DNA of 20,000 nt from an uncultured virus (IMG/VR IMGVR_UViG_3300010399_000007) (taxonomy: Duplodnaviria; Heunggongvirae; Uroviricota; Caudoviricetes), in the IMG/VR virus record IMGVR_UViG_3300010399_000007; one strand, written 5' to 3'. Shown here one piece after another: positions 8,375 through 17,400 of the stretch. Under the pieces are notes generated by a model that ran no database searches, had not been told where the DNA came from, and saw nothing but the letters and a program-made list of their open reading frames with translations. Made by a program: the position numbers and the translations under genes. Every line of letters begins with the position of its first letter. Position 1 is the stretch's first letter.

Positions 8375-10572
8375 CAGTACTGCACCTCGACATTGAGACG
8401 CGTAGTCGCGCGGACCTAAAAGCCAAGGGTCTGTACAACTACGCGCAGCATAAAAGCACACAGCTCATGTGTGCGCAGTTCGCGTTCGACGATGAGCCTG
8501 TGCAGCTCTGGGTGCCGGTGCTGGAGATTGAATTGTGCGCGTCGGTGTTCATTCACTTCCGCCTGAAGCGCCCGAACACCGTCGTACACTTCGGCAAGCG
8601 TCCACCTACGCGGATGAAGATGCACATCGTGATGGGCGGCGAGGTCCGCGCACACAACGCAGCCTTCGAACGAAACGTGCTTAACGGTCCCGCCGGGGAA
8701 GAGGTTGAGTTCCCCAAGCTGATGATCGCGCAGATGGTTTGCACGATGGCGAAAGCCGCTGCGCACGGTCTGCCGCACGCGTTGGAGCATCTCGCCAAAG
8801 CACTCGACACTCATAAGAAAGACGAAGCTGGCGCCAGCTCGATGCGGTACCTGTGCAAGCCGCGCTCCTCCGGCAAGCTCAAAGGCACGTTCGCGATGCC
8901 CGACGAGGAGCCGCTGAAATACGCGGAGATGTACTCGTATGGCATCGATGACGTGGAAGCGGAACGCGCTGCTGACCGTGTCGTGCCTGATCTCTCGCCT
9001 AACGAGCAGCTCGTATATCAGCTCGATCAGCGGATGAACGATCGCGGTTGGGCAGTCGACCTCGAAGCGAATGGCGATCTGATGTTTGTTCGCGATCAGT
9101 ACAAGGCAGAGCTGAAAGCGCTCTGCCGCAAGTGGACCGGCGTGTCACCGTCGCAGACCGGGGCGCTGGCGGACTGGGTTCGCAAACACGGATATGCGAC
9201 CCTGGAAAATCTCCAGGTGGAGACCGTTAACAAGGCAGTGAAAGACCCTGTCTGCCCCGACGAAGTGAAGCGCGTGCTGCGGCTCTTCTCCACCTACAAC
9301 ATGAAGGCTGTGGCGAAGTACGACGCCATTGGACGCGCAGTGTGCGACGACGGTCGCCTGCACGGCATGTTCTACTACCATGGCGCGAACACGGGTCGCT
9401 GGTCCTCCAAGATCGTGCAGTTGCAGAATCTGTATCGGCCGAAGATAGAGGACGCCGGTACTGCCATACGCCTGTGTAGGCGTCGTGACGAAGCGCTGAA
9501 AGCAATGCGCTGGCTATACGACGGGTTGGACCCGATGAAAGTCCTCGGCTCGTGCGTGCGCGGCGTGCTCGTGTCCGCGCCCGGCAGAGACCTTCTGTTC
9601 CCCGACTACGCAGGCATTGAGTCTCGCGTCAATGCGTGGCTCTGGAATGAAGAGTGGAAGCTACGCGCATTCGAAGCGTATGATGCAGGCACCGGCCCTG
9701 ACTTGTACAAGGTCGCGTACTCCCGCGCGTTCGGCATTCCAATAGACCAAGTCACGAAGGCACAGCGCCAAGTCGGCAAGGTCATGGAGCTGGCACTTGG
9801 CTACGAAGGCGGTGTTGCTGCGTTTGTGAAGATGGTGTCAACGTATGGCATCGATCTGCAGGAGCTGACCGAAGCAGCTTGGCCAACACTGCCGGAAGCT
9901 GAGAAAGCTGCGGCGATTCGCTGGCTTGAGGAGTCAAAGCGTCGCAAACAGACGTACGATCTGATCGATGAGCAGTTCATTGCGTGCGACGTTCTGAAGC
10001 GGCTGTGGCGTGACTCGAATCCGCGAATTAAGGCAGGTTGGGCACAGCTTAAAGAAGTGTCGCTTGAAGCAGTGAAGAATCCCGGTCGCGTATACAAGGC
10101 GGCTGGCGGCAAGCTGATGTTCAAGGTGGTCACTGAAAATGGCCATCAGTGGCTGGTAATGCGCCTCCCTGGCGGGCGTCGGCTGTGGTACTACAAGCCG
10201 TTCGTAAAGACGATCGTCAAGAAGCGGAAGTGGCCTGATGGCCGGGTCACCGAAGAGACCGAGCAGCAGTTGCGCTTCTACGGCACCGACACGTACACGC
10301 GCAAGTGGGGCATCACTTCCACCTACGGCGGCAAGCTCGACGAGAACGCGGTGCAGGCGATCTCGCGAGACCTGCTAGTGGCCGCGAAGTTCAAATTGGA
10401 GCGCGCTGGCTACGATCTCATCGGTTCGGTCCACGATGAGCCCATCATGGAGATTGACGAAGGGTGGGGCTCACTAGATGAAGCGAGCGCGCTCATGTGT
10501 GATAAGCCTTTGTGGGCTGCAGGATTGCCTATTGCGGTTGAAGGACACAGAGCGAAGAGGTATCGAAAGTGA
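8371..10572 (+). CDS. polA: phage DNA polymerase, family A, with 3'-5' exonuclease (APSE-like)
   Basis: Exo I DIET, Exo II AHNAAFER, Exo III YGIDDV; TGRWSS...QLQNL; motif A DYAGIESRV; motif B RQVGKVMELALGYEGG; motif C VHDE. Confidence 0.96.
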   Translation: MTVLHLDIETRSRADLKAKGLYNYAQHKSTQLMCAQFAFDDEPVQLWVPVLEIELCASVFIHFRLKRPNTVVHFGKRPPTRMKMHIVMGGEVRAHNAAFERNVLNGPAGEEVEFPKLMIAQMVCTMAKAAAHGLPHALEHLAKALDTHKKDEAGASSMRYLCKPRSSGKLKGTFAMPDEEPLKYAEMYSYGIDDVEAERAADRVVPDLSPNEQLVYQLDQRMNDRGWAVDLEANGDLMFVRDQYKAELKALCRKWTGVSPSQTGALADWVRKHGYATLENLQVETVNKAVKDPVCPDEVKRVLRLFSTYNMKAVAKYDAIGRAVCDDGRLHGMFYYHGANTGRWSSKIVQLQNLYRPKIEDAGTAIRLCRRRDEALKAMRWLYDGLDPMKVLGSCVRGVLVSAPGRDLLFPDYAGIESRVNAWLWNEEWKLRAFEAYDAGTGPDLYKVAYSRAFGIPIDQVTKAQRQVGKVMELALGYEGGVAAFVKMVSTYGIDLQELTEAAWPTLPEAEKAAAIRWLEESKRRKQTYDLIDEQFIACDVLKRLWRDSNPRIKAGWAQLKEVSLEAVKNPGRVYKAAGGKLMFKVVTENGHQWLVMRLPGGRRLWYYKPFVKTIVKKRKWPDGRVTEETEQQLRFYGTDTYTRKWGITSTYGGKLDENAVQAISRDLLVAAKFKLERAGYDLIGSVHDEPIMEIDEGWGSLDEASALMCDKPLWAAGLPIAVEGHRAKRYRK

Positions 10573-10898
10573 CACACTGGTACAGGTATGACGACTGCGC
10601 CACTGGCGGAGGAATCGACGTAAGACTCTCCGAGATTCCGGTAGTGAAGGAGACTCCAAAAGGCGTTTGGTTGTATGCCGCGCGCCCCGGAAGTGGTCGC
10701 TTCGTTTTGCGTGGATCCCGCAAGCGGTGGGCGTGCCCGACCATCGGAGAAGCGAAAGAGTCATTCCTGGCTCGTAAGCGCAGGCAGGTGAAACTTTTGC
10801 GCGGGCAACTGCAGCAGGCAGAAGCCGCACTATCTATCGCAGAAGGCGACAAAGTGCCTCCAGTGCCATACGCCGCGCTAGTAGAGTTCGATTTTTGA
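10569..10898 (+). CDS. hypothetical protein
   Basis: GTGA overlap with the polymerase stop; VVKETPKGVWL...KRWACPT...AKESFLARKRRQ; 109 aa. Confidence 0.75.
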   Translation: MTHWYRYDDCATGGGIDVRLSEIPVVKETPKGVWLYAARPGSGRFVLRGSRKRWACPTIGEAKESFLARKRRQVKLLRGQLQQAEAALSIAEGDKVPPVPYAALVEFDF

Positions 10899-11239
10899 AA
10901 GGCGCATTCGAAGAAGGCGCGCCCGAGGCAAAGCCGGAGCAACGCCGCGAACGAGCGGTGGAGGGGCCGTGCAAAGAAATGGCGCGCAAGGACGGTTGGT
11001 TTGTGCGAAAGCATCGCACGCCAGGACACAACGGCGCCCCGGATGACTACTTCGCGAAGAACGGCCGCGTCTTCTGGGTGGAATTCAAGAAGCCCGGCGA
11101 AGAGCCGGACCCGGACCAGCTTGCATGTCACGCAGAGATGCGCGCCGCCGGGCTGACGGTGTACGTATGCGACAACAAAAAGCACTTTCAATGGATTCTT
11201 ACTTGCGAAAACGGCATAGCTGATGCTTGGGCGCGATAA
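10895..11239 (+). CDS. VRR-NUC domain nuclease
   Basis: E...GAPDD...FWVEFKKPG...Q...H PD-(D/E)XK pattern, located between the polymerase and the SNF2 helicase. Confidence 0.88.
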   Translation: MKGAFEEGAPEAKPEQRRERAVEGPCKEMARKDGWFVRKHRTPGHNGAPDDYFAKNGRVFWVEFKKPGEEPDPDQLACHAEMRAAGLTVYVCDNKKHFQWILTCENGIADAWAR

Positions 11240-12632
11240 CCTCTACAAGTATCAACAGCGCGCGGTGAGCTTCATCAAAGAGCATCCGCAGTGCGCGTTG
11301 TGGGTGGACATGGGATTGGGCAAGACGGTGTCCACGCTCACCGCTTTCGGCGATCTGTACCGCGGCTTTGACGCTCGTCGCATGCTCGTAGTGGCGCCGC
11401 TACGCGTTGCGCGCAACGTGTGGTCAGACGAGATCGACGAATGGAGCCATCTACAGGGACTGAGTATCGCGCGCATTGTCGGCACGCCAGAGCAACGGTT
11501 AAAGGCGCTACGCACACCGGCGGACATCCATACCATCAACCGTGAGCAGATGACATGGCTGGCCGCGCAGTTTGTGAAAGGCGGCAAGCAGCTACGTCGA
11601 TGGCCGTGGGATGTCACCACATTCGACGAAAGCCAGTCGTTCAAGAACAGCGACAGTGAGCGCTTCCGCGCTGCGCGCCTGCTGCGCAAACTAATGGACC
11701 GTGTCATCCATCTCACTGGGACGCCCAGCCCGAATGGTGTGCATGACCTTTGGGCGCAGTTCTACCTGCTCGATCAGGGGCAGCGCCTCGGCACGCATAT
11801 AACGCCCTTCCGCGACCGCTGGTTTTCCAGCGAGCGTAACGAAGATGGTTACACTAAGTGGTGGCCGAACGCGAGCGCGCAGAAGGAGATTCAACGTCTC
11901 GTCGCCGATATCACACTGAGTCTAAAGGCGGAAGACTACCTCGAACTTCCGCCAGTGAAGTTCAACCCGATAGTAGTGTCCATGGACACGGCCACGCTGT
12001 CGCGCTACCGCAAAATGGAACGACAGAAGATTTTCGAGCTGCAGGCGCACAAGTACATCACCGCTTCCAACGCGGGCGCCCTTGGTACGAAGCTCTTGCA
12101 GCTCGCTAACGGCGCGGTGTACGACGCTGAGGGTGCGTGGCACGACGTCCACAACGAGAAGATAGACGCGCTGCTTGAGCTGCTAGACCTAACAGAAGGC
12201 AAGGCGCTCATCGGCTATGGCTTCAAGCATGACATCGCGCGAGTCGGCCGTGCGCTCGACGTCTTCTGCAAGAAGCACCATCGCAAGTGGACTGTTTTGC
12301 GCACAGACGCCAGCTTCAAAGCCTGGGCGCTCGGCGAGTATGACTACGGTGTGTTGCATCCCGCGAGCGCAGGGCACGGCCTCAACGATGTCTACAAAGC
12401 TGGCGTCGAAACGCTCATCTGGTTTGGGTTGACGAACAACCTAGAGTACTGGCAGCAGCTTAACGCGCGCTTAACTGGCGGGCACAGACGCGCCGGGCGT
12501 AACATCGTTGTTCATGTGCTCGTGTGCCACAGCACTGTAGACGAAAAGCTGGTGGCGCTGATCGATCGCAAAGGCGCGAGTCAAGATGATCTGACTCGTG
12601 CAGTGGCTGACTATGTGGAGGACGTCATATGA
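11223..12632 (+). CDS. SNF2-like superfamily 2 helicase
   Basis: Q-motif YKYQ, Walker A DMGLGKT, VAPLRVA, Walker B FDESQ, LTGTPSPNG, KLLQLANG, HPASAGHGLN and QQLNARL. Confidence 0.93.
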   Translation: MLGRDNLYKYQQRAVSFIKEHPQCALWVDMGLGKTVSTLTAFGDLYRGFDARRMLVVAPLRVARNVWSDEIDEWSHLQGLSIARIVGTPEQRLKALRTPADIHTINREQMTWLAAQFVKGGKQLRRWPWDVTTFDESQSFKNSDSERFRAARLLRKLMDRVIHLTGTPSPNGVHDLWAQFYLLDQGQRLGTHITPFRDRWFSSERNEDGYTKWWPNASAQKEIQRLVADITLSLKAEDYLELPPVKFNPIVVSMDTATLSRYRKMERQKIFELQAHKYITASNAGALGTKLLQLANGAVYDAEGAWHDVHNEKIDALLELLDLTEGKALIGYGFKHDIARVGRALDVFCKKHHRKWTVLRTDASFKAWALGEYDYGVLHPASAGHGLNDVYKAGVETLIWFGLTNNLEYWQQLNARLTGGHRRAGRNIVVHVLVCHSTVDEKLVALIDRKGASQDDLTRAVADYVEDVI

Positions 12633-12841
12633 GTATAGAGAAAGATCCGATGTACATCGGCTTGCGTAACTTCCGCGAAGGAGACAGGATAAAAGCAGAC
12701 CTTAGCGGCTACCCGCTAGCGAAACTCGGCGCTTTGGCGCCGAGAGCCCGGCTCGCATGGTGGCAATCGGCAGTGACGAATACGGATCAAGAAGACACGC
12801 AATCCGCACCGCCTCCCGAGCCGAGCGACCACAGTGCATAG
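12629..12841 (+). CDS. hypothetical protein overlapping the convergent protease gene
   Basis: ATGA overlap with the helicase and a GGAGG RBS. The last 140 nt are antisense to 12702..13199. Confidence 0.4.
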   Translation: MSIEKDPMYIGLRNFREGDRIKADLSGYPLAKLGALAPRARLAWWQSAVTNTDQEDTQSAPPPEPSDHSA

Positions 12842-13199
12842 CCGCGAGCGCAGCCTTATAACCACTGCCAACTGCAGTGAACGGGTCTTGAACCTCTACG
12901 AGTCTGCAAAGGTGGTTGGCGTGGAAGAGCTTGCCGCGATCATGAACAAGTACGGCAAAGTCTTCTTCCGTGTCGAGATCAGCGAGGATCTCAGGCACTG
13001 GCTTGCTAGACCCGTACCAGTCGACGAATATCATACCAGCGTAAGTTCCCCCGGCCGTGGCGATCACCACATCGCGTTTTCCGATTCGCTTTCGAAATAG
13101 CTTCTGGCAGGTGCGAATGACCGTGCCGCCTGCCTCACTCTCCCAAGTCTCGCGGCTGTCAGCCGCGAAGACTCCGTCGCGATACGCGATGCTGGTCAT
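12702..13199 (-). CDS. proteasome beta-subunit/HslV-like Ntn-hydrolase (threonine peptidase)
   Basis: M-T-S-I-A-Y...FAADSRET gives an N-terminal Thr nucleophile plus the AADS motif. Also QKLF (conserved Lys), AVGSG and AREAVRIACLLDPYS. Confidence 0.85.
   Translation of the reverse strand: MTSIAYRDGVFAADSRETWESEAGGTVIRTCQKLFRKRIGKRDVVIATAGGTYAGMIFVDWYGSSKPVPEILADLDTEEDFAVLVHDRGKLFHANHLCRLVEVQDPFTAVGSGYKAALAAMHCGRSAREAVRIACLLDPYSSLPIATMRAGLSAPKRRVSLAGSR
12703..12744. terminator. two tandem hairpins at the convergence of the two gene blocks (possible terminator)
   Basis: TAGCGG-CTAC-CCGCTA (12703-12718) and CTCGGCGC-TTTG-GCGCCGAG (12725-12744). On the - strand the second hairpin is followed by TTT. 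Confidence 0.35.
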
Positions 13200-13391
13200 T
13201 CACATACGTCCGGCTTTCCAAACCTTGTAGAACTTGAACGCCACCCATGCGGCAGCCATGAAGCCCGAGAGAATCGCTGCAATAGCAGCGAGTCCTTGCA
13301 GCACGGGCATAGCATCTGCGAACCAAGACACCAAAGCAGAGCTGCCACTGACGACGGCGAGTGATTCAGCGGTGTGTTGCGGAGTGGTCAC
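13200..13391 (-). CDS. small membrane protein, holin/antiholin-like
   Basis: 63 aa with one or two hydrophobic segments and a basic C-terminus (KFYKVWKAGRM); GTGA-coupled to the holin. Confidence 0.65.
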   Translation of the reverse strand: MTTPQHTAESLAVVSGSSALVSWFADAMPVLQGLAAIAAILSGFMAAAWVAFKFYKVWKAGRM

Positions 13392-13789
13392 TTTTTGAGC
13401 GCTCCTGCAACAACCGGCGCGATCTTCTCGACGCTACGTCCGATGGTGTAGCCGCCGATGCCGAGTTGAATGATGTCCCACAGCTTGACGTATTCAGCTT
13501 CGGAGATTCCGGATGCCGTCCAGCCCAGGAACCGTGCCACGATAAGCGCGCCGAACGTCAGCATCAGCAGAGGACGCCAGCAGCTCGCAAGCCAGTGTGA
13601 ACTTGCAGCTTCGGTCTTGACGATGTCCGCAGCAGCCAGCGCTTGTTTCGTGTCGGCCTCTAACTCTGCAAGCTGACCCTGTTGGGTCAGTTCGACGAGT
13701 CGCAGCTTCGCAGCGTCCGCTGCAGCTTTGTCCGGCAGCACTCGGTCAATGACCTTGCCGACGATCGGGAGAAAATCGAGGAACCCCAT
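13388..13789 (-). CDS. holin, GTA 3TM family
   Basis: MGFLDFLPIVGKVIDRVLPD...EAASSHWLASCWRP...LGIGGYTIGRSVEK is the family pattern. ATG 13789 follows an AGGAGG RBS, next to the endolysin. Confidence 0.88.
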   Translation of the reverse strand: MGFLDFLPIVGKVIDRVLPDKAAADAAKLRLVELTQQGQLAELEADTKQALAAADIVKTEAASSHWLASCWRPLLMLTFGALIVARFLGWTASGISEAEYVKLWDIIQLGIGGYTIGRSVEKIAPVVAGALKK

Positions 13790-13790
13790 G

Positions 13791-14429
13791 TCACACCTCC
13801 TTGAGACCGAGAGCCGCGCGAGCGCGTTTCCAATACTTGACGCGGGCATCCAGCCCGGTCTTTCCGCCGTTGATTCGGCGAGAGATAGCAAAAAAGTCCG
13901 CCTGATCGTCATCATCAGGTAGGTCATCCGCCAACGGATTAAGGTCCATCGACGCCCAAATATAGCCGGCGCTGAGCGACCCGTACTGCTTCGTGCAGAG
14001 CATGTCAGGGCAGTCAAGCAGTGGCGCACCGAGCACCGCCGCGAGACGTCGGTACCAGTCCTTGCCCGTGGCCATGATGAGTCCGCGACCGCGGAACTTC
14101 CAGCCCTCGCCGCTCGACTCGTCACCGTTGCCCATACGGTTCGCGTAGATGAAATCGGCGAGCCCGTGTGAGTTGTTGGCGTACTTCGTCGCGAGCGCAT
14201 CTGTGGTGAATCGCTTCGGCCAGACAGCTTTGAGGCGATCCGGGGTGTACCGCAAATTCTCTTCGAGTCGCGTTGTTTCCAGACTCTCATGCGCGATCTG
14301 CGCGAGGAAGGCAGCCTGTCGATCTGGAGTGCTGATCTTGAAACGCGTACACGTATCAATGAGGCAAAGGCCCCAGCCGACAGGGTCTTTGCAGTTGGGC
14401 ATCACTGCTCGTACAACGTCTGGTGTCAC
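13791..14429 (-). CDS. endolysin, glycoside hydrolase family 19
   Basis: AAFLAQIAHES...LEENLRY, IYANRMGNG...GEGWKFRGRGLI and RRINGG..GL..R; GTGA-coupled to the upstream giant gene. Confidence 0.92.
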   Translation of the reverse strand: MTPDVVRAVMPNCKDPVGWGLCLIDTCTRFKISTPDRQAAFLAQIAHESLETTRLEENLRYTPDRLKAVWPKRFTTDALATKYANNSHGLADFIYANRMGNGDESSGEGWKFRGRGLIMATGKDWYRRLAAVLGAPLLDCPDMLCTKQYGSLSAGYIWASMDLNPLADDLPDDDDQADFFAISRRINGGKTGLDARVKYWKRARAALGLKEV

Positions 14430-17400
14430 TCCTGCGCCTCCCTTTGCGAGTCAAACTTCCGGTAAAGGTACCGCAAGCCGGGCTCGACGTGGAGTCCATT
14501 TACAGCCTCGGCGCTGTACTTTGCTTTTGCCTTTGCGCTCGACACAAGATCGTTCGCTTTTATCGCTACGCCAGGATTTTTACGGTTAAATTGCAGAATT
14601 TCCTGCATTGTGTCCTTGACACCTTGCGGATCATCGTTATGCGCGGCGAGGTACAACTTGCTTTTCAGGAACGCTTTACGCGTCATGATCTGCTGACTGT
14701 ACGCACTGACAGTGCGATTCTTCTCATTCTGCAGAGCCACGTCGTACGGTGTGAAGCCTATACCTTGCAAGAACACATCGTACTTGCTGATCTGATCAGC
14801 AGGCTTGACGACATCACCGCGAACATTGGTCACACCGTCGCGCGCGTAGCGGATCGCTTTCAATACGTCAGCGAATGCTTTCGGCGTGAGCTTCTCCAAA
14901 CCGCGCTGACCGAACCCGTCGGGGCCGGGTTGCGCAGCATCGAACGCTCGCGTTACAAGCCCGCCAAGCGGGCCGGCAGCCTGACCGATATAGAAGTTTG
15001 CAAGCTCCTTACCTTCCATGCCTGTCGGCGGCTCCTGCACCCAAAGGTTGTTGAGCCCCACACGGCTGTTCAGCGCCATGCCGCCATAAGCGCTGACCGG
15101 ACCGTCGAGCACTGCACTTGCCGTGCTTTCGCCTGCGTGCTCAGTCATCCATGCACGCATCTCAGCTTCGGCGTCGTACGGTTTGTCTTCATCGCCGAAG
15201 ATAGTGTTGATGATTCCCGTAGCGGCCCACCAGAGTGGCATGCCCGAGGCACCCGCGAATAGCATTGTTTGCCCGAGGATGCCGACAAACCGGCGACGAG
15301 CTTCCTTGCGTACATCAGGAGTCGCGCCGCGCAAGCTGTTGTTGAAGTCTCGCGCAAGGCGGTAAGTCATGTTGGCAGAGTACTGACGGAACAAGAGCAG
15401 AACTTTGGCCGTGTCGCTCTGCAAGTAGCGAGCACGATTCGTATTCGAGTAGTCGAAGTGCGAATCCCACACGATGTCTTCGGCCTGATCGATTGCAGCT
15501 TCGTGGCTCAGGTTCTTGCGGCGTCCAAGTCGGTAAGCGGCCAGGAATGTGCTCTGTCGGTTTCCTTCTTCCATTTGGTGGAACATCCACGAGACGGCAT
15601 TCATAGCTTTGTTACGCGCGCTGCCGTAGTCCATGCCTTCCTCGCCAATCTGCGCAAGATCATGAGCCATCGTCTTGTCAAAGAGCCCGATGCGTTTTGC
15701 CTCGTCGAATGCAAGACGTTCGTCACCGCGCAGGCGATTCGCGAGCTGCCCGCGACTACCGGCCCACTGCATGCTCGCGCGAGTCAATTCAATTCCTGCC
15801 CCGGTCCAGTTGAACTTGGCGGCTAGGGTTGGAAACGCCACCATGGGATTCTGCGTAAGGTTCACGAGCGCCGCCGCCGGAGACGCGCCTAGGTAGTACG
15901 TGAATCCAAGCGATGTGAGCGCTGTGGCAATGCCGGATGCCTTGGGATTGCGCATCCACTCGTGCCGCTTGTCGAACTCCTTCGACACCGCAGCAGCCCA
16001 CTTCTCCTCCGGAGTACGGCTCAGCCCCACTGCCTCAACCTTCATCTGCTCCAGATGGCGTTCGAGCGTGTGCATGTGCTCCAGCTTCGCGATCTGATGC
16101 GCACCGTGGAACTTCTGGTATCCAAAGTTTCGGAGTGCATCCATCGTGAAGCCGAGACGCCCCTTGCGATGGATGAAGTGCTTGCGCATGCTCATCTCCG
16201 GCATCGCGCGCAAGTAGTTCTGCCACACCTCGTCTGCCAGCTCCGGATCCACCTGCTGCAGTAGGTCCGTGATCTTAGCGACGAAATTCGGATCGATGCG
16301 CCGAGCCATCTCACGATCTTGCATCTGCACGCCGCCATCAACTTTGTATCCCGCCTTCTCCATCTCGGCCAGCCATTGCCGTTGCTCGCTAGGCTTTTCG
16401 AATCGCGTAAACGACACGACTGTACCGTCAGCATCCTTTGCCACTGCCCAGTGCTTGCCGTAACGGCCAAGCGGGAAGTAAGGCCCCTCCACACGACCGG
16501 CTTCGAACTTCTTACGCAACTCTGCCAGCAACGATTGCTTCGTCTTGCCGTCAGCGTCTGTGGCCTCAATGCGTGACTGCAGCCCTTGCATGACGAGATC
16601 GCGGTCTGCGGCGTAGCTGTCGCGTACGTCGATGTAGAGCGCCTTAGCTTCGCCCGGTAATGCGTTCCAGAACTTCTTCAGCGCCAGCCATTGCTGCTTG
16701 CGTTGTCGCTCGATCGCATGCTGTTCTGGGGTGTCCGGCGACGAATACTTCGGACGGTATTCATTTGCAGGCTCAACGCCTGCAAGCGTGGCGGCGTGCA
16801 TCAACTCGCCGAGCGTGCGCGCATCATCGCGATTGCTGCGAATGAACTTGACCCACCGGTTTGCAACCTTGTCGGCTTTCACGAGCAGTTCATTGCGGCG
16901 ACCGTCCATGCGCGCCGCCTCTCGCACGTACGCGCTCGCGGAGTTCATCTTGCCCGGCGCCACAAAGTCCGGAAGATTACGCCGCGGAATCGCCCCGAGG
17001 AGAGCTTCGATGTGGTTCTCGCCAAAGTCGCGGATGGCATCGAGCCGTGAGCGTACAAAGCCGGGATTGTAGTTGGCTTGTTCTTCCACAGTGGCGCCTT
17101 GCTTCAAGAAGACGTTGAGCGGATGCCCGTCCGGCAGCCGCTCTGCCTGCTTTTCGTAGCCTTTCTCGGCGAAGCGCAAATGACCATACCGATCCGTCGC
17201 ATGGGGGCTGCGGTCACGCAGCGCGGTGCGCGCTTTGCGCAGAAGCGCACTGACGTCGGCGTCGGTCCAGGCACGCACAGCGCCAATCCGACGAAGCGCG
17301 GCACGCACTGCATCCACAACCTTTCGGAAGATGGAGGGATCAGACATTCTCTCGGCGATGCTTGCCGCGTACTCCTCGGCGGCGACGATGCGGTCTTCCG

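Noticed and set aside
8371..10572. Intein or intron in the polymerase, or a Z-genome polymerase (DpoZ)
   Set aside because: The frame is continuous, of ordinary length, and has no splicing motifs. No purZ or datZ-like gene is visible in the window.
12834..13100. 88-aa + strand ORF
   Set aside because: Entirely antisense to the protease gene, with no clear RBS.
13790..14359. N-terminal extension of the 323-aa ORF 13388..14359
   Set aside because: It overlaps the endolysin in another frame and is Arg/Ser-rich with no lipobox. The holin starts at ATG 13789 behind AGGAGG, so this is not a nested spanin.
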